Origin: a virus
Lineage: Duplodnaviria > Caudoviricetes
IMG/VR virus record: IMGVR_UViG_3300028591_000075
Location: 32,001-96,000 of that record
Length of the DNA stretch: 64,000 nucleotides
Strand: one strand, 5' to 3'
Below, one piece after another: positions 59,323-64,000 of the stretch. The translations under genes and the position numbers were made by a program. Within the stretch, counting starts at the first letter, position 1. The number at the start of each line of letters is the position of its first letter. The notes beneath the pieces were generated by a model. It ran no database searches, had not been told where the DNA came from, and was given only the letters and a program-made list of their open reading frames with translations.

Positions 59323-60459
59323 ATGGTAAACCAAGAAATCAATCCGCTGGAAATGGCATCCCTCCACATCGTCTACAACAACATGAGCCCGTTGGACGAA
59401 AAGGATGGCCGTCGTGGCATCTTCCACCTCATCGAACACATGATTGGGGCGGTGTTGGATCCTATTCTCCCGGAACTGCACGAATATGCCATCCTGGATG
59501 ACCTGATGACTTCCCATGAACATGTGATTGCCACGTTCTCCGGTACTGCAGAAGCAATCGAGAAGTTTGCCCACAAGATTATCAACATGATCATCACGGC
59601 TTCTTCCAAGAACATCACGAAGGAAATGTTCGAAATGGAACGCGATGCCGTGTATAACGAAATTGCCGAACTCGGCTCCGACTTCAATGCGGTGATGCTG
59701 CGTGATGGGTTAAGAAAAGTTTACGGAATTCATTCCCCGGAAGGCGACATCGAGGATGTCGAGAAATACACCTTCGAGCAGTTCAAGAAGGACTACGACA
59801 AGTACGTCCCGCATCCGAGTTCCATCTGCTATGTCGGTCCTCGTGCACTCGACCTCCCTGACCTGGCCAAGAATCCGTATTCCGGCGCCAGTGTCGGCAA
59901 GTTCCCGAAGATGAAGCTGGTTGCCGATGCCAAGGCCAAGCGTTCCGATATCGCAATCGATAAAGAGGCCACCTATGTCGGTATTTCAGCACTCGGCACC
60001 AAGCCGGCCACTACGGACAAGGAATATGCCGCATTGAACATCGCCTGCCGCATGCTCGGTGGTGACGGGGAAAGTGCGCTGTTCCAGGAACTGCGTACCA
60101 ATCGCCACCTCGTGTATTCCTGCAACGTCAGTGTCGAACCGTTCCGCAAGGCTGTTATCCCGATCTTCATCACCAGTGCTTCCGCGGACAAGGCCCGCGA
60201 GGTGATTTCCTGTATGAAAGATATCCTGGCAAATGCCGACAAGTACCTGACCGAGGAAAAGTTCAACCGTTGCAAGAACATGCTCACCATGGTCTTGAAG
60301 CAGCAGAGCATTATGCGCTTCACAGCACCGGGCAATCTTACCCGCCTGGGCATGATCAACGATGAACTCGAAACACCGAATATCACGTACAAGTACATGA
60401 TGCGTGTGGTTCGCAAGTATTTCGGTAAGGGTTCCTTCCGTTTCTTCGCGGCTTCCTAG
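59323..60459 (+). CDS. M16 family zinc peptidase (insulinase-like)
   Basis: GIFHLIEHM (HxxEH), ERDAVYNE, LFQELRTNRHLVYS. Confidence 0.88.
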   Translation: MVNQEINPLEMASLHIVYNNMSPLDEKDGRRGIFHLIEHMIGAVLDPILPELHEYAILDDLMTSHEHVIATFSGTAEAIEKFAHKIINMIITASSKNITKEMFEMERDAVYNEIAELGSDFNAVMLRDGLRKVYGIHSPEGDIEDVEKYTFEQFKKDYDKYVPHPSSICYVGPRALDLPDLAKNPYSGASVGKFPKMKLVADAKAKRSDIAIDKEATYVGISALGTKPATTDKEYAALNIACRMLGGDGESALFQELRTNRHLVYSCNVSVEPFRKAVIPIFITSASADKAREVISCMKDILANADKYLTEEKFNRCKNMLTMVLKQQSIMRFTAPGNLTRLGMINDELETPNITYKYMMRVVRKYFGKGSFRFFAAS

Positions 60460-60794
60460 CCCTGGGTCTCGTTGGCGGAAACTGCACCCGGCTTGTCGGT
60501 GCCACCGCCCATCATGCCGAGAGTGGTGCGGCCCGGCATGGTGAAACCGCCACCCTGGCCGAAACGTCCGAAGTACGAACGGTCAATGAGCGACTGGATG
60601 AACGGGTCCTTGGACCCGGTAGTCTGGTTCGGGATGATACCCTGGCTGCACTGGCCTATCATCGGGGTGTGCATGGTGGGGTTCACGTCGGTAGCGGAGG
60701 CTTCCATTACTGCATTCCAAAGTTTGGCCACGGTCTCGCAGAGAGCCGGGTCTTGGTCACGAAAATGGTCAATAAATGAAAGAAACCTGTCCAT
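60456..60794 (-). CDS. Small hypothetical late protein
   Basis: AATAAACT 60802-60809; N-terminal shared helical motif ending VMEA. Confidence 0.7.
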   Translation of the reverse strand: MDRFLSFIDHFRDQDPALCETVAKLWNAVMEASATDVNPTMHTPMIGQCSQGIIPNQTTGSKDPFIQSLIDRSYFGRFGQGGGFTMPGRTTLGMMGGGTDKPGAVSANETQG

Positions 60795-60837
60795 ATCGGA
60801 CAGTTTATTGCTATATTTGTTCTAAAGAGGAATTCTT

Positions 60838-61932
60838 ATGGCCGGATTAGATATGATTTCGGGTGCCGGGCTCGACAAAGAAACAGCGACCGCGGCAAGT
60901 GCTATTGACAACAGGTACTGGACCAAGAAGTACCAGGGTACCCAGATTGACGGTACCGACATCAGCAAGCTGATTGTTCTGCCGAACAAGTTGAAGACGA
61001 TGATCAAGACCGCTATTTCCAATACCGGTCTCGGCAACTATATTTTCTATTCCGGCCCTGGCACCGGGAAGACCTCCCTCGCCATGGCAATTCCGGGCAT
61101 CCTTGGTGCCAAGTGCATCGAAGTTCCGCCGAAGCGTTCCAGTGAAATCCTGGAACTCATTGACCGTTACTCCGTCTTGAAGAGCAACGGCAAGCCGTAT
61201 TTCTTCGTCCTTGACGAATGCGACCACCCGAACAACCCGGAAGATTTCTGGCGTACCATTCAGCACGAGATTGAAGCCACCTCGTCCAACCTCAGGTTCA
61301 TCCTCACCTGTAACGACCTGTGGCGTATCCCGAAGCCGGTGCAGTCCAGGTGTACCCCGGTTAAGTTCAATCACCCGGTGGACGATAAGGATTTCAAGAA
61401 CCAGATTTACACGAAGCTGCGCTACATTGCCGATACGGAAACTGCCCCGCACGGTGGCAAGGTGGACAAGCATACCATCGTTGAAATCATCAACGCATGT
61501 TATCCCGATATCCGCAACATGATTAACGTCATGAAGAACACCTTCGACGAGAACGAGGGGAACATCATCGGGCACCCGCATGTGATTACTGACCAGACGG
61601 TCGAGGCCATTGCGAAGTACCTGATTATGCGCGATCTGCGCGGTCTCCGTTACTACATATCGTTGAACGTGGATGACCCAGTGAACGTGTACATTCCGTT
61701 GACCCGCTACCTCCTGGACAGACTTCCTCCACAGATGGATCTCGCCATGGCAAAGGTGACACGCGACGGCATCGTAAACTCGCAGGGCCAGGTTGACCAG
61801 GAATCCATGCTGATGGGTTTCTTTGCCGACCTTATCGAAATCTTTAACGCTTTCCAGATACCGGTTGCCCCGCTTCCGGAACAACCGGTATATGCAATCA
61901 ACAATACCGTGGGGAGCGTGCCCAATGGCTGA
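60838..61932 (+). CDS. gp44: Clamp loader large subunit, T4 gp44/RFC-like
   Basis: WTKKY, GPGTGKTS, LDECD, FILTCN, SRC, YPDIR. Confidence 0.93.
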   Translation: MAGLDMISGAGLDKETATAASAIDNRYWTKKYQGTQIDGTDISKLIVLPNKLKTMIKTAISNTGLGNYIFYSGPGTGKTSLAMAIPGILGAKCIEVPPKRSSEILELIDRYSVLKSNGKPYFFVLDECDHPNNPEDFWRTIQHEIEATSSNLRFILTCNDLWRIPKPVQSRCTPVKFNHPVDDKDFKNQIYTKLRYIADTETAPHGGKVDKHTIVEIINACYPDIRNMINVMKNTFDENEGNIIGHPHVITDQTVEAIAKYLIMRDLRGLRYYISLNVDDPVNVYIPLTRYLLDRLPPQMDLAMAKVTRDGIVNSQGQVDQESMLMGFFADLIEIFNAFQIPVAPLPEQPVYAINNTVGSVPNG

Positions 61933-63079
61933 GAAGCGCGTAGTATATCCGATTTACATGCTTGATGCGCCGGTGTACTGCAAGAAGTTCTGGTCGATGG
62001 TGGAACAGCTCATCACCTCGTTGACTTCCTATTTCACTGCGGGAAATACTGTGCCCGTTCTTGTCGGTACGGATTCTCGGGAGGTCAAGGAGATTGTCGA
62101 GCGCGTGTCCAGGTATTACGGATATCCGGTAGATGTCGCCCGTGAGCAGCCGTCCGTCATCGAGGAAACTGCCGGAAAGTATTCCGAGCCCATTTGTCGC
62201 AACCGTATCAGCGAGTGCCGTCTCGATGTGGTGACCAGCAAGATTTATACTATGCTGAAAGTCGGTGCGGAATATGACAGGCTGGTGGTGGACATCGACA
62301 CCCTGTGGTTCAAGCCCATTCCTTGGGAACAGTTTGAGAACAGCGGAATGGCGATGTTCTGCCCTGACCAGTGGAAGCACCTGATGTCAGTCACAATCGG
62401 ACAGATGGTGCATTTCCGCAGCAAGTACATGGAGAAAGTCAGCATCCAGGAATACTATACCAAACTGAGCGATTTGGATCCTGCGTGGCGGACGCTTCCC
62501 TTGATTGCCACGTTGCCGTGGCCGAACAGCGGCATTCTCTTCATGACTTCCGAGTTTACGAAGGAAAAGTATATTCCCGAGCTTGACAACCCGGCCCTCC
62601 AAATGTTGTCGGTCGAGGATGAAACTCCTCTCGTCAGTCTGCTGCTCAAAGGTGGCAAATACTTTACCGATATCCAGATGAATGTCCCGGTCGCGTTCAC
62701 CGACATTACCATGGAGAAAGATATTCTCCATCCCGAGGGCATTATCTGTGCACACTATCACCGCACTCCGAAACCGGACACGTTTGACCTTACCTATTCC
62801 GGCGTGGTGAAACATCCGGCCTTGCATGAACCATATGAGCTGGTGTTCATAAGGGATAGCATCGCTTGTGGCCAGTATGGCAGCATGTCAGGTATCCTCT
62901 GGTGCTACGTGTGGCGCTACTACTTTTCCTATGCGGCAGCGCAGTACCGTAATGGTGAGGAAACCCCCGTCTACAAGCAGGATTTCTGGGCCGGGATAAT
63001 CAAGACCTATTATGAAAACCGACAGGTTTGGCTGGATAGCCGGGAAACTGAAAAGATACTTACGAGGATGCCGAAATGA
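61925..63079 (+). CDS. GT8-like glycosyltransferase
   Basis: KIY, VVDIDTLW (DxD), PNSGILFM, EDE, AHYH; probable start MAEKR at 61925. Confidence 0.65.
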   Translation: MAEKRVVYPIYMLDAPVYCKKFWSMVEQLITSLTSYFTAGNTVPVLVGTDSREVKEIVERVSRYYGYPVDVAREQPSVIEETAGKYSEPICRNRISECRLDVVTSKIYTMLKVGAEYDRLVVDIDTLWFKPIPWEQFENSGMAMFCPDQWKHLMSVTIGQMVHFRSKYMEKVSIQEYYTKLSDLDPAWRTLPLIATLPWPNSGILFMTSEFTKEKYIPELDNPALQMLSVEDETPLVSLLLKGGKYFTDIQMNVPVAFTDITMEKDILHPEGIICAHYHRTPKPDTFDLTYSGVVKHPALHEPYELVFIRDSIACGQYGSMSGILWCYVWRYYFSYAAAQYRNGEETPVYKQDFWAGIIKTYYENRQVWLDSRETEKILTRMPK

Positions 63080-63546
63080 GTACCTACGATCCATTCCGCT
63101 TCATGGAAGAACGTCAGGAAGGCAAGCAGGTAACCGAGGCCGACTGCAACGAGTTCCAGATGTTCAATACCTGCCGTTACCTGTCGATGGCGCCGAACAT
63201 GCGCAAGTATGTGCATATATTGAACGACCTGCAGTTCCAGAAGCTCCCGAAGGACTTGCAGGCGAGGTCGTTCAATGCGTTCAACGGAATGAACCTGAAC
63301 CTCCGGTGGACGAGGGCGAAGACTGGCGCGGTACGCGAAAAGGAAGAATTCATTGACCACGTAATGAAGATTACCGGGATGTCGCGAAACTGTGTCAAGG
63401 CAGCAATCCGCTATGGCTATGTGGACAAGGATGAAATCGAGGAGGCCTACATGCGCAAGTATGAACCCGAGAAGATGATTGCCCGCATGCAGGGCGAGGA
63501 ACGTCAAATCAAGCGAAACATCAAGAAGGCGGCGAACCTAAAATGA
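63076..63546 (+). CDS. gp62: Clamp loader small subunit, T4 gp62-like
   Basis: DPFRFM...FQMFNTCRYLSM...RWTRAK pattern; located near gp44. Confidence 0.7.
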   Translation: MSTYDPFRFMEERQEGKQVTEADCNEFQMFNTCRYLSMAPNMRKYVHILNDLQFQKLPKDLQARSFNAFNGMNLNLRWTRAKTGAVREKEEFIDHVMKITGMSRNCVKAAIRYGYVDKDEIEEAYMRKYEPEKMIARMQGEERQIKRNIKKAANLK

Positions 63547-63752
63547 ACGCGAACCTGAAAGAAATAATGGAACTCTTCGGGGTGGATGAAGCCACCGCCG
63601 AGAAGATGGCCAAGGCCGGTTTCAAGACCGGTGGCGAGGCCAATGAAATTGCGGCCAACATGTTCTACGACGATGCTGGCCTCAATGAGATGTTTGGTAA
63701 GGTGAAGAAGGACTTCGACGGGTTAAAGTCGGAGGAGAGCTTCAAGGACTGA
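63543..63752 (+). CDS. Small hypothetical protein
   Basis: 69 aa, ATGA overlap with the gp62-like gene. Confidence 0.6.
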   Translation: MNANLKEIMELFGVDEATAEKMAKAGFKTGGEANEIAANMFYDDAGLNEMFGKVKKDFDGLKSEESFKD

Positions 63753-64000
63753 CTTTGTCACCTTGTTAGGCACGGTTTCCTGTGGTCGTGCCTCTGGCGT
63801 CGGATGGTGCTTTGCTTCCTCCGGCGCCTTTTCGTTTTCTTCCGGTTTTGGTTCGACCGCGGGGGCCGGTTCGGCGACCGGCTTGGAATTTTGGGCCGGC
63901 TGTTCGCCTTCCGGGTTTACCGGTTCAACTACCGGCTTGACCACTTCCGAGACATCGATTTCCTCGGTCGGGGCATTGGCAAACTCATCGAGCATGAGAA
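63723..64000 (-). CDS. C-terminal part of a Pro/Glu-rich protein entering from beyond the window
   Basis: Reading frame open to the window end. Confidence 0.6.
   Translation of the reverse strand, partial: LMLDEFANAPTEEIDVSEVVKPVVEPVNPEGEQPAQNSKPVAEPAPAVEPKPEENEKAPEEAKHHPTPEARPQETVPNKVTKSVLEALLRL

Overview
This window is 64 kb of a large T4-like (jumbo-type) phage genome in the standard genetic code, and it covers the replication/recombination module. Recognisable genes are family B DNA polymerase (gp43), gp45-like clamp, clamp loader (gp44/gp62), primase (gp61), gp32-like SSB, helicase (gp41), UvsX, UvsW, RNase H/5' nuclease, gp46 (SbcC), RuvC-like resolvase, gp25-like baseplate protein, DnaJ, an M16 peptidase, a SWIM-finger protein and several glycosyltransferase-like genes. 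Three upstream motif classes recur: sigma70-like TTG(A/C)CA-17-TGnTA(T/A/C)ATT, RTAGTTT, and a T4-late-like TATAAACT that marks a set of probable virion-internal proteins. The most unusual locus is 47.1-49.3 kb, at the point where gene orientation switches from - to +. It holds a stand-alone exonuclease-less PolA/T7-RNAP-superfamily gene, an H-type pseudoknot in its leader, and two repeat units, each with a tri-loop mini-hairpin and an identical 19-bp box (boxes 186 bp apart); this is a candidate origin/priming system. Other notable items are arrays of DnaA-box-like 9-mers, glycosyltransferase-HTH fusions, a DnaN-like clamp alongside gp45, a gp32 with a bacterial SSB tail, and a >1200-aa ORF missed by the ORF track that carries a degenerate M15 peptidase domain. 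All family calls were made by motif recognition by eye; no searches were run.
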